Positions 47,767 to 56,557 of a DNA stretch of 64,000 nt are shown in pieces (position 1 is the stretch's first letter; every line of letters begins with the position of its first letter). Source of the DNA: an uncultured Clostridia bacterium (GTDB lineage Bacteria > Bacillota > Clostridia > Christensenellales > UBA1242); NCBI GenBank assembly GCA_944362965.1, contig CALVTR010000002.1:80145-144144 (forward strand), given 5' to 3'. The position numbers and the translations under genes are program-made. Below the pieces are notes generated by a model. That model was not told the origin of the DNA. It did no database searches and was given only the letters and a program-made list of their open reading frames with translations.

Positions 47767-48471
47767 ATGAAAATTACGATAGTGGGCAACCATTGCACCT
47801 GGACAAAAGAGTTGTCAACAAGCTATATTCTTAATGACGACACCCTTATCGACGTTCCGCAAGGCTCTTTTAAAACACTTTATAACGATTATGATTTAAG
47901 CAAAATTGAAAATATATTTATCACTCATTTCCATAGCGACCATTTTTCTGATATCCACTATGTTATTGATATATTTGATAAAAAACAAGATAAAAAGTTG
48001 AATATTTTGGCACCTAAGGGTTGCAAAGAGAGAATGGTTCAGCTGTTTAAAATATTGGAAGTTTCTTATCTTGAAAAATATTTAGATGACAATGTGACAT
48101 TCTATGATTGTGAAAATGGAAAGACTTGCAAGATAGGCAAATATAAAATAAAAATATATAAAGTCACACACAAAAATCTTGATGCGTATGGTTTTGTGAT
48201 TGACGATGGAAAAGTAAAAATAGGTTTTTCTGGAGACAGCTGCATGTGCAATAGTTTGCATAAGATATTAAAACATTCAAAGGCAGCTTTTATTGATTGT
48301 GCATCTACGCATATAAATAACAGCCATTTGACTGTAGATGAAGTAGTTTCACTTCAAAATGAATATAAAGACGTTCTTTTATATCCTGTTCATTTTTCTG
48401 CAAACTCTGAAAGTGCGGCACAAAAAACAAACCTTGCAAGAACTTTTCCAGGACAAATTATAGAAATATAA
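47767..48471 (+). CDS. MBL-fold hydrolase (RNase Z-like)
   Basis: HFHSDH motif. It lies 22 nt downstream of the glycosyltransferase gene. Confidence 0.7.
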   Translation: MKITIVGNHCTWTKELSTSYILNDDTLIDVPQGSFKTLYNDYDLSKIENIFITHFHSDHFSDIHYVIDIFDKKQDKKLNILAPKGCKERMVQLFKILEVSYLEKYLDDNVTFYDCENGKTCKIGKYKIKIYKVTHKNLDAYGFVIDDGKVKIGFSGDSCMCNSLHKILKHSKAAFIDCASTHINNSHLTVDEVVSLQNEYKDVLLYPVHFSANSESAAQKTNLARTFPGQIIEI

Positions 48472-48658
48472 AAAAAATCAAAATTTATTTTTAATTAAAA
48501 AAATTAAAAGATATAAAAATATTTAATAAAAATTTAAAAAAATAAATTTAAAAAATAAATAAAATAAAAATATCCGCGTTAATTTTTTGCGGATATTTTC
48601 TATTTTTTTATCATTTTTAATGATTTTTCGTTATATTTTTTATAATTTTTAAAAATTT

Positions 48659-50437
48659 TTATTCGTTTATTAAATCTTCCCAATCTTTAAGCATCTTTTG
48701 CAGATATTCAAAGCAGCTTGAGAATGTTTTTTCTTGCATTAGGTCACACCCTGACTTTTGCAAGGTCTTTATAGGGTTATCGCTGCAGCCAGCTGATAAA
48801 AATTTGATATAATCGCTAACCGCATTTTCCTGTTTTGCCAAGATTTTATTTGCAAAACAAATTGCCGAAATCATGCCTGTTGCGTATTTGAACACATAGA
48901 AAGCGTTGAAGAAATGTGGTATTCTTGCCCATTCATACCTAATTTCGTCTATGAGTTTTGTCTCGCCAAAATATTTTTTATTTAAAACATAATATATGCC
49001 GCAAAGTCTATCCTTAGTGAGTGGCTCGCCCGCTTCGTGAAGAGAATGTATTTTCTCTTCAAACTCTGAAAACATGGTTTGTCTATAGATTGTGCCCTTG
49101 ACTTCGTCAAAAAGTTTGTTATAAAGTGCAATTTTTTCTTCCTTGCTATTTGACGTAGACAAAAGATAATTTATAAGCAGCATCTCATTTGTTGTGCTTG
49201 CAATTTCGGCTAGGAAAATTGGATAGTATGCTTTAGCATAGGGTTGATTTTTGCAAGAAAAATATGTGTGCATGGCATGACCGAGCTCATGCGCCAAAGT
49301 GAATACTGAATCAAGGTCGCCCTCAAAATTTGTCATAACATAAGGGTGCAAGCCATAAACACCCGTTTCATAAGCACCAGACGCCTTATCTTTACTTGGA
49401 TAGACGTCAATCCAACGTTCGTTTTTTGTCCTATCTATAAGTTTGACATATTCATCCCCAAGTGGAGAAAGCGCTTTCTTGATAATCTCAATCGCTTCGT
49501 CATAGGTGTATTTTTTAGTCATCTCTTTACCCACTTCTGCCATATGGTCATAGATATAGAAAGTTTTAATACCTAAAAGCTGTTTTTTGATGTCAAAATA
49601 TTTGAATAGTATTTTAAGGTTTTTGCTCACCTGCTTTATTAGCATATCATAAACTCTTTTGTCAACTTCTTCTGACTTTAGCTCTCGGTCAAGTGCCGAC
49701 TTATATTTCCTTACTTTTGCAAAATAGCAGTCTGCTTTGACGTCGTTTATATAGTTGTTTGCAAGTGTGTTGATATACTGTCCAAAAGTGCCATTGAGTT
49801 TTGTCATAACTGCCTTTCTAAGTTTTCGGTCGCTGCTTCGAATTAAACTTGAATAGTTTGACTGAGTAAGCTCATATGCCTTTCCATTTGAATCTTTAAC
49901 CTTGCCAAATTTTATATCAACGTCTGCAAGCATATCCATATTGCTTGAAAAACCAGATAAAAAGCCCATGCCTGAAAGCAATTTTTCTTCACCTTTAGAA
50001 AGCTTGTGCTTTTTGTTTCTCTTGATATAGTCAAAATTTCTGTCGTAATCTTTAAAATTTGGGTCAGAAATTATGTCATCAAGCATGCTGTCAGAAAGTT
50101 TGTTGAGCTCTGATGACACAAAAGATGTTTCAACTGAGATGTTATCAAGAATGTTTGAAAGTTTCTCTGACATTTCCTGTCTTGTGCTATCCGACAATAC
50201 TTCATCTGACCTTAAGTGTGCATATAATGCTAGCGGCTCAACAAAGCGAGAAAACTCATCATCAAGTTTTAAATATTCTAAAATGGTCTTCTTGTTGTTG
50301 AGTTTGCCTTCAAACGCCTTGATTTTAGGTAAATAATCATTGATTTTATCAATTTTTTGATAAAACTCTTTATCATCTTTACATAATGGAGTTAAATCCC
50401 AAGTAAACTTACTTTCTATCTCTTCTCTTTTTTTCAT
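48659..50437 (-). CDS. pepF: Oligoendopeptidase F (M3B)
   Basis: The HELGHAMH zinc motif and a length of about 590 aa. The ATG at 50437 (MKKREEIESKFTWDL) is preferred, because the track start lies inside a non-coding repeat. Confidence 0.9.
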   Translation of the reverse strand: MKKREEIESKFTWDLTPLCKDDKEFYQKIDKINDYLPKIKAFEGKLNNKKTILEYLKLDDEFSRFVEPLALYAHLRSDEVLSDSTRQEMSEKLSNILDNISVETSFVSSELNKLSDSMLDDIISDPNFKDYDRNFDYIKRNKKHKLSKGEEKLLSGMGFLSGFSSNMDMLADVDIKFGKVKDSNGKAYELTQSNYSSLIRSSDRKLRKAVMTKLNGTFGQYINTLANNYINDVKADCYFAKVRKYKSALDRELKSEEVDKRVYDMLIKQVSKNLKILFKYFDIKKQLLGIKTFYIYDHMAEVGKEMTKKYTYDEAIEIIKKALSPLGDEYVKLIDRTKNERWIDVYPSKDKASGAYETGVYGLHPYVMTNFEGDLDSVFTLAHELGHAMHTYFSCKNQPYAKAYYPIFLAEIASTTNEMLLINYLLSTSNSKEEKIALYNKLFDEVKGTIYRQTMFSEFEEKIHSLHEAGEPLTKDRLCGIYYVLNKKYFGETKLIDEIRYEWARIPHFFNAFYVFKYATGMISAICFANKILAKQENAVSDYIKFLSAGCSDNPIKTLQKSGCDLMQEKTFSSCFEYLQKMLKDWEDLINE

Positions 50438-50484
50438 ATTAAATTTCCTTTTAAAAATAATCGTTATAAATTTACCCTTATAAT

Positions 50485-50727
50485 CCACCCCTTGCGGGTC
50501 CAAACATTAGCTCACAAAAAATCTATTAAATTTTAAAAACTAAAATAAGTTCACCCCTTGCGGGTCCTTATTGAGGTAAAAAATCTAGAAGATTTTTTGT
50601 CGAGAGTGAAGGGGGAGTTGGGAGGAGAAACAAAAGCATACAAGGTATTATATACCGAAGTATGCGGTTCATAGCTGTTAGCCTTGCGTAGCAAGGCGTG
50701 TCAGCGTCATGAATTTGTTGCCACCCC
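50485..50727 (-). ncRNA. Candidate structured RNA, copy 1 (homolog of 63083..63275)
   Basis: Shares with copy 2 the core GYKGTTAGSCTTGCRTWGCAAGRCGTGTCMGCGTMATGA (50674..50712), a GGGAGRAGAAAC arm with compensated pairing, an AT hairpin, and CCC-TTGC-GGG hairpins (GCAA loops on the minus strand) at 50485..50501 and 50551..50567. Confidence 0.4.
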
Positions 50728-50732
50728 AAATT

Positions 50733-51569
50733 TCATCTTATAAAATACTTCTCCATGTAGAAATATGACCACGGCTTTGCGTCTAAGTCTGGCGGACAAG
50801 CAAAGGTCATCTTCTGTTTTGTAACCGGGTGGACAAACTCAAGCCGCCCTGCCCACAAGCCAAGATTGTTTGACTGTCTGCTTTTTTCTTTGCCATATTT
50901 ATTGTCGCCATAAAGTGGGCAGTTGATACCTGCAAGTTGCACTCTTATTTGGTGCGACCTTCCTGTGACGAGCTTTACTTCAAGAAGTGCAAAGTCATCT
51001 TTTGTTTGTAAAACCTTATAACTAAGCTCGGCTCGCTTTGTGCCCTGTTCGCTCTGCGGTGCAATCTTGACAATATTGTTTTTCTCGTCCTTCTTTAAAT
51101 AATTTATAAGGGTGTCGCTTTTTAGCTGTGGAACTTTGCTCGTGACTGCATAATAGGTTTTATGCATCTGACCACTTTTTATTTGATTTGAAAGACGCTC
51201 AGCCGCCTTTGATGTTCTTGCAAAAACCATAATACCACCTGTTGGACGGTCTAGGCGATGAACAAGCCCAATGTAAGCATCCCCTTCCTTATTATATTTT
51301 TCTTTGACATATTTTTTAACCTTTGAAAGCATATCTTCATCACCGCTGATATCTGATTGTGACGGAATGTTTTGCGGTTTGATTGCAACTATTATGTGGT
51401 TATCTTCATATAGCACAAATAGGTCTGTTGAATTTTTGCTAGCTGCCGCAGGTTTTTCTTCAGCTGTTAAATTTTCATTATTTGATTGATTTTCTTGAGT
51501 TTTTTGCGTTTTTTCGCCATTTTTTTGCATTTTTTCTACATTTTCCGTTAAATTTTCTTTTATTTCCAT
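50733..51569 (-). CDS. RluA-family pseudouridine synthase (no S4 domain, low-complexity N-terminus)
   Basis: HRLDRPTGG catalytic motif and LVTGRSHQIRVQL. The ATG at 51569 behind AAGGGGA is the likely start. Confidence 0.85.
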   Translation of the reverse strand: MEIKENLTENVEKMQKNGEKTQKTQENQSNNENLTAEEKPAAASKNSTDLFVLYEDNHIIVAIKPQNIPSQSDISGDEDMLSKVKKYVKEKYNKEGDAYIGLVHRLDRPTGGIMVFARTSKAAERLSNQIKSGQMHKTYYAVTSKVPQLKSDTLINYLKKDEKNNIVKIAPQSEQGTKRAELSYKVLQTKDDFALLEVKLVTGRSHQIRVQLAGINCPLYGDNKYGKEKSRQSNNLGLWAGRLEFVHPVTKQKMTFACPPDLDAKPWSYFYMEKYFIR

Positions 51570-52408
51570 AATTTTAATCCCCTTGCCCCACATGGCAATA
51601 CAATTTTTTCATCAGTTGGAAGCCCTATTTCGTCAGCGTCAATATTGCCTTCGTCGAAGATAAGCGTCAATATATTTTTAAGCACGCTTGCCTGCAAGCC
51701 TGTTGTGTAAGATGAGATAAGCACAAAGAGTGGTTTATCTGAAAGAACCTTTTTTGTCAGTTCTACAAAATCATATAAGTTGTCTTCGAGCTTCCACATC
51801 TCGCCATTTGTTCCACGCCCATAACTTGGCGGGTCCATGATGATTGCGTCATAGAAGTTGCCGCGTCTTATCTCCCGCTCTACAAACTTTTGGCAGTCGT
51901 CAATGATATAGCGTATATTTGTGATGCCGTTGAGAGTGGCATTCTCTTTCGCACGCTCCACCATGCCCTTACTTGCGTCAACATGAGTAACTGACGCCCC
52001 AGCCTTAGCACAAACAACACTTGCCGCACCTGTGTAGGCAAATAAATTTAGCACCTTAATTGGTCTGTTAGCTTCTTTTATAGCCTTCATTATATCATTC
52101 CAATTTACCGCTTGTTCTGGGAAGAGCCCTGTATGTTTGAAGCCCATTGGTTTTATTATAAACTTTATTCCCTTCCAACTTATTTGCCAAGTCTCTGGAA
52201 CGTGGTGCAAAAACTGCCAACTTCCACCACCTGAAGATGAACGTTTATAATGTCCATCAAGATTTTTATATTTTGCTAGGTCCTGTTTTGCATGCCATAT
52301 AACCTGCGGGTCTGGGCGAAGCAAGGTAAACTCTCCCCACTTCTCAAGCTTTTCGCCATCACCTGTTGCAATCACTTTATAATCTTTCCAATCGTTTGCT
52401 ATTTTCAT
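51560..52408 (-). CDS. Class I SAM-dependent RNA methyltransferase (RlmI/RlmK-like)
   Basis: VLNLFAYTGAASV SAM motif I and IIMDPPSYGRG motif IV. Confidence 0.75.
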   Translation of the reverse strand: MKIANDWKDYKVIATGDGEKLEKWGEFTLLRPDPQVIWHAKQDLAKYKNLDGHYKRSSSGGGSWQFLHHVPETWQISWKGIKFIIKPMGFKHTGLFPEQAVNWNDIMKAIKEANRPIKVLNLFAYTGAASVVCAKAGASVTHVDASKGMVERAKENATLNGITNIRYIIDDCQKFVEREIRRGNFYDAIIMDPPSYGRGTNGEMWKLEDNLYDFVELTKKVLSDKPLFVLISSYTTGLQASVLKNILTLIFDEGNIDADEIGLPTDEKIVLPCGARGLKLWK

Positions 52409-52540
52409 AAAAAATCCCTTACGTTAAGTATAACAAAATAATATCTTTTTATCAATTATTTTTAACTACTTTTTAACTTTTGATATTGACACGGGATGAT
52501 ATTTATGTTATAACAAATATGGATAAAAAAAGGAGAAATT

Positions 52541-53215
52541 ATGACAAACGACAATATTACAATGACTATGTTTGAGCTTTATTCAAAGTATCGTGATGGA
52601 GAATTAAGTTTGGAAAGAGCTTCATATTTTATTAAAAAACTTGATGACATTCGTCATGACAAGAAGATTTCAGATTTATTTGATAATAAACAAGATTTAT
52701 TTGATATTGTCAATATTCATTGCAATGAAATTGACATACTTTTTGATGCAAGTGACAATTATAAAACTACAGCTCTTGAAGAAGAAAACAAAGGAAAAGT
52801 TATATGTGACATCTTCTTTAAAAAAGAAGGAAAGAATCATCTTTTCTTAGGCAGATTTGTAAACGTTGACGCAGACACTGCCCGTGCGATTAAAAACTTT
52901 TTGAGAAATGGTATATATGCACCACATATTTTTAGCTATGATTATGACAATCAAAGATTTGATAGAGAGCGCTTCTCTAAGTTATCAAATAAAGGGCTTA
53001 TGCAATACAAAGATTACATTGATTCAAATATCGACTGCCTTACTGAAGTGACATGCATATCTGAAAGTAGTGACGCCCTACGTGATGACATCAAAAAAGG
53101 TATAGTTGAGGCTTGGAGAAGAAATATGATACAAAGTCATCTTGATTATCGACTTACCGCCTATGAAAGGGCTTGTGAAATTGAAAATGGTGATGGTGAA
53201 GACGAGAGAGAATAA
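52541..53215 (+). CDS. Paralog 1 of an uncharacterised tandem family
   Basis: 224 aa. It shares the N-terminal pattern (..ELYSKYRDGELS..YFIKKLD), a central FFKKEGKN..LG block and an acidic tail (ENGDGEDERE) with the next three ORFs. Confidence 0.65.
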   Translation: MTNDNITMTMFELYSKYRDGELSLERASYFIKKLDDIRHDKKISDLFDNKQDLFDIVNIHCNEIDILFDASDNYKTTALEEENKGKVICDIFFKKEGKNHLFLGRFVNVDADTARAIKNFLRNGIYAPHIFSYDYDNQRFDRERFSKLSNKGLMQYKDYIDSNIDCLTEVTCISESSDALRDDIKKGIVEAWRRNMIQSHLDYRLTAYERACEIENGDGEDERE

Positions 53216-54466
53216 CAAAGGAGAAATTTATGGAAATAGACAATATCAAATTTGCAATGCTTGGAATTTATGATAAGTATAAGCAAGGAAAAATCAGTCA
53301 AGAAGTGGCAGAATATTTTGTATCTCATCTTGATAGCGTGCAAAGAAAAAATGGCGTGCAAAATTTATCACAAGTCATCTATGATTATGAACATGCTGAA
53401 ATTGGTATAAGTTTTGCAACAGTCGGCAAGCCATACATCTTTGAAGAAGAAAATAGCAAACTTGTTCGTGAGCTATTCTTTATGGATCAAGGCGAAAAAT
53501 ACCCTATCTATCTTGGTGATATAATTAAGCTTAATAAAAATGTTGAAAATAGACTTGAATACTTTTTAGAGCAAGGTGTTTATTACCCAAGTGTTCAAGC
53601 TTTTCATTGGGGTGAAACCGACTTGGAAAATGACAAGCGAAGATTTAGACTATTGCCAATGGAAGAGCTAAAGAAATATAGAAAATATATAAACGACCTT
53701 ATTAATAGTCGTAGCGTTATGAAATTTGGTAAAGACTGCCCTTACCATATTGAGCAAAAGAGATTTGAAGCTGAAATGTTTACAAAATGGCAAGTATATA
53801 TGTTAAACAGACCAATGCTTTATAGAATTGATGCTTACAATCTTATTGATAGAAGCGAGGCTGAAAGAAATAAAATTGACGAAAACGGAGATGGCGAGAG
53901 AGAATAACAAAGGAGAAATTTATGGAAATAGACAATATCAAATTTGCAATGCTTGGAATTTATGATAAGTATAAGCAAGGAAAAATCAGTCAAGAAGTGG
54001 CAGAATATTTTGTATCTCATCTTGATAGCGTGCAAAGAAAAAATGGCGTGCAAAATTTATCACAAGTCATCTATGATTATGAACATGCTGAAATTGGTAT
54101 AAGTTTTGCAACAGTCGGCAAGCCATACATCTTTGAAGAAGAAAATAGCAAACTTGTTCGTGAGCTATTCTTTATGGATCAAGGCGAAAAATACCCTATC
54201 TATCTTGGTGATATAATTAAGCTTAATAAAAATGTTGAAAATAGACTTGAATACTTTTTAGAGCAAGGTGTTTATTACCCAAGTGTTCAAGCTTTTCATT
54301 GGGGTGAAACCGACTTGGAAAATGACAAGCGAAGATTTAGACTATTGCCAATGGAAGAGCTAAAGAAATATAGAAAATATATAAACGACCTTATTAATAG
54401 TCGTAGCGTTATGAAATTTGGTAAAGACTGCCCTTACCATATTGAGCAAAAGAGATTTGAAGCTGA
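53203..54466 (+). repeat. Direct tandem duplication, 692-bp period
   Basis: Positions 53203..53774 appear identical by eye to 53895..54466 (572 bp, including RBS AAAGGAGAAATTT and 181 codons). The copies diverge from 53775/54467 onward, with a short re-matching patch. Confidence 0.8.
53230..53907 (+). CDS. Paralog 2 of the tandem family
   Basis: 225 aa. The first 185 aa are identical to paralog 3. The tail reads ..FTKWQVYMLNRPMLYRIDAYNLIDRSEAERNKIDENGDGERE. Confidence 0.65.
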   Translation: MEIDNIKFAMLGIYDKYKQGKISQEVAEYFVSHLDSVQRKNGVQNLSQVIYDYEHAEIGISFATVGKPYIFEEENSKLVRELFFMDQGEKYPIYLGDIIKLNKNVENRLEYFLEQGVYYPSVQAFHWGETDLENDKRRFRLLPMEELKKYRKYINDLINSRSVMKFGKDCPYHIEQKRFEAEMFTKWQVYMLNRPMLYRIDAYNLIDRSEAERNKIDENGDGERE

Positions 54467-54599
54467 GATGGTTGAAGAATGGCAAAAATATATGATAAAA
54501 AATCAAATGGCTTATAGAATTGATGCTTACAATCTTATTGGCAGAAACGAGGCTGAAAGCGAAGAAACGAGCGAAATTGGTGATGACGAGCGAGAATAA
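53922..54599 (+). CDS. Paralog 3 of the tandem family
   Basis: 225 aa. The tail reads ..VEEWQKYMIKNQMAYRIDAYNLIGRNEAESEETSEIGDDERE. Confidence 0.65.
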   Translation: MEIDNIKFAMLGIYDKYKQGKISQEVAEYFVSHLDSVQRKNGVQNLSQVIYDYEHAEIGISFATVGKPYIFEEENSKLVRELFFMDQGEKYPIYLGDIIKLNKNVENRLEYFLEQGVYYPSVQAFHWGETDLENDKRRFRLLPMEELKKYRKYINDLINSRSVMKFGKDCPYHIEQKRFEAEMVEEWQKYMIKNQMAYRIDAYNLIGRNEAESEETSEIGDDERE

Positions 54600-54830
54600 A
54601 TTTGACTTCTAAATATCAGCAGTGATTTTGACAAATTACATAATTAAATAAAAATGACATAAAATAACAAAAAAATCAGCAAAAAAATAGAAAAATTGCT
54701 GATTTTTTATTTTAATTATTTTTTGATTAAGACTGATTTTTTATTATTTCCTGAATTATTTTTATTGTTAAGTATAAGTATTTGACTTTTAATAAATTAT
54801 TTTATAAAATATTATTATACAAGGGGGAAA

Positions 54831-55475
54831 ATGAAAAATATTAACAACATTAAAATAGCAATTATGGAGCTTTTTGACAAAGCACAAAAAGGTGAAATAA
54901 AGGAACGCGTTGCCGTTTATTTTATAGAGCATCTCGACGCCATCACAACTGAGCCGAATGAACTTTTGAAATCTTATTCTCGCACACGAGTGCTTACAAA
55001 TAAAAATATTTCTGATATCGTTGAATATTTAGTGCCTGAACTTGTTTTTGAAGATGACAGAAAGGGAAAGTTTTATCTTAATGAAAATAAGCAAGCTGAA
55101 AATGCTAGAGAAATTTTGTTTATGAAGGACGGAAAAAACTATATCTATCTTGGCTCACTTATTGATATCGACGAGGACATAACAAAAGAAATATATTTAA
55201 ATATTGCAAAAGCAAATGAGTCCCCTTCTCTTTATAGGCAAGTGCATGATGACAAGGCTTTATTTGATACGCTCGATAAAAAATATATTGATAAATATCA
55301 AAAATTCATAGAAAAAAATTTGCGTTGCTTAAGTGCGATTGTAAATAAAGATAAAGAAAAAACATATCAAAACCTTTTAAATGAGCTTACCAAAAAACTT
55401 GAAAAACGTGACTTGACACACCGAATTGAAATCATTGAAAATTTGAGAAACAATGATGATAAGGAAACAAAATAA
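54831..55475 (+). CDS. Paralog 4 of the tandem family (most divergent)
   Basis: 214 aa. It begins NNIKIAIMELFDKAQKGEIKERVAVYFIEHLDA and has a LFMKDGKNYIYLGS core. Confidence 0.6.
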   Translation: MKNINNIKIAIMELFDKAQKGEIKERVAVYFIEHLDAITTEPNELLKSYSRTRVLTNKNISDIVEYLVPELVFEDDRKGKFYLNENKQAENAREILFMKDGKNYIYLGSLIDIDEDITKEIYLNIAKANESPSLYRQVHDDKALFDTLDKKYIDKYQKFIEKNLRCLSAIVNKDKEKTYQNLLNELTKKLEKRDLTHRIEIIENLRNNDDKETK

Positions 55476-55536
55476 ATTTATTTAAAAATAAATATTTGGC
55501 TTAAAAAATATATACTAAAATATTAACTAAAAATAT

Positions 55537-55568
55537 AAAAAATCAGCTTTAATTTAAGCTGATTTTTT
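55537..55568. terminator. Bidirectional rho-independent terminator
   Basis: aaaaaatcagctt-taattt-aagctgatttttt between convergent genes. Confidence 0.7.
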
Positions 55569-55577
55569 CGTTAATAA

Positions 55578-56480
55578 TTATAAAACAAAGAATAATATTA
55601 TAACAACAACCGAGATTGCAAGTTCTATATAGACCATTTTCTTTGATTTTGCAAAATTTTTTGCTATTTGCTTTCTCACTTCAGGCATTTTTGCATTATC
55701 ACCTATACATATTTCACATTCATTTTTGAACTGATTATAGTCATTTTTATAAATGCTTCTATATTTTTCTGAGTCATAACCTGAATAAACTTGTTCAAAC
55801 TTAAAATTTTTATATAAAGAATGATTTTTTGTTGGAATGAGCAGCGAGCCTATAAATGAAACTAACACTAAAATAGCAGTTGAAATTAGTGGGATTATAT
55901 AGTCATTTGAAAAGTCAAAAGGTAAAATATCTAATTTGCTTAGCACAAAAAACACAGCTGACAAGATTATACCTATTATTAAACTTATGCTTAATGATGG
56001 CACTATTTTTCTTATATTATCTTTTTGAACAAGCGTATCATATCGTGCTGGAAGGTTGCCAAGAAAATTCTCTATTTCCCTGAAAAGCTGATTTTTGCCA
56101 ATATCAAGGGATGAAGAATTTATATCTATCCTTTTCTGAGTGGCATATATGGACAATGATTCAAATTTATTATCATTGCTTGCACTAACATAGATATCAA
56201 ACTCCTTTATTGATTTAGCTGAAGTTTTTATGTTGTCTTTAAACCATTCCGGGTCGTTCTTTTCTTTTATTGTTTCATTGTTGTTTAGGGTTAGAGAATA
56301 TGTTATGTCGGCATATACATTCTTGGCAAAATAATATTCACCTTTTGCCTTTGCAGTTTTTTCTTTACTACGCTCTTCTTCTTGAAGAGCTTTCACATCT
56401 TTATAATAGGATTCAATGATATTAACAAGTTCAATAATATTTTCCTGCGTCAATATCTTGTTTGTAAACTTTTTCTCCAT
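55578..56480 (-). CDS. Membrane protein (soluble N-domain, 2 central TM, C-terminal TM; unknown)
   Basis: 300-aa ORF with hydrophobic segments at about 165-185, 200-220 and 280-300. It is convergent with the paralog array. Confidence 0.55.
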   Translation of the reverse strand: MEKKFTNKILTQENIIELVNIIESYYKDVKALQEEERSKEKTAKAKGEYYFAKNVYADITYSLTLNNNETIKEKNDPEWFKDNIKTSAKSIKEFDIYVSASNDNKFESLSIYATQKRIDINSSSLDIGKNQLFREIENFLGNLPARYDTLVQKDNIRKIVPSLSISLIIGIILSAVFFVLSKLDILPFDFSNDYIIPLISTAILVLVSFIGSLLIPTKNHSLYKNFKFEQVYSGYDSEKYRSIYKNDYNQFKNECEICIGDNAKMPEVRKQIAKNFAKSKKMVYIELAISVVVIILFFVL

Positions 56481-56557
56481 TATATCCCCCTAAAACATAA
56501 ACTTTATTGATTATTATAACAAATTATTGTTTATTATCAAACATTTTGCTTAACTAA

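Noticed and set aside
50485-50567. Possible CRISPR-like repeat: CACCCCTTGCGGGTCC occurs twice about 66 nt apart
   Set aside because: There are only two copies, the repeat is 16 nt, no cas genes are present, and a third related copy lies 12 kb away in a homologous context. It is better explained as hairpins of a structured RNA or repeat.
53161-54053. Two nearly identical antisense ORFs (53161..53361 and 53835..54053)
   Set aside because: They are duplicated only because they lie in the 692-bp tandem repeat. They are antisense to well-supported paralog genes and have no RBS.
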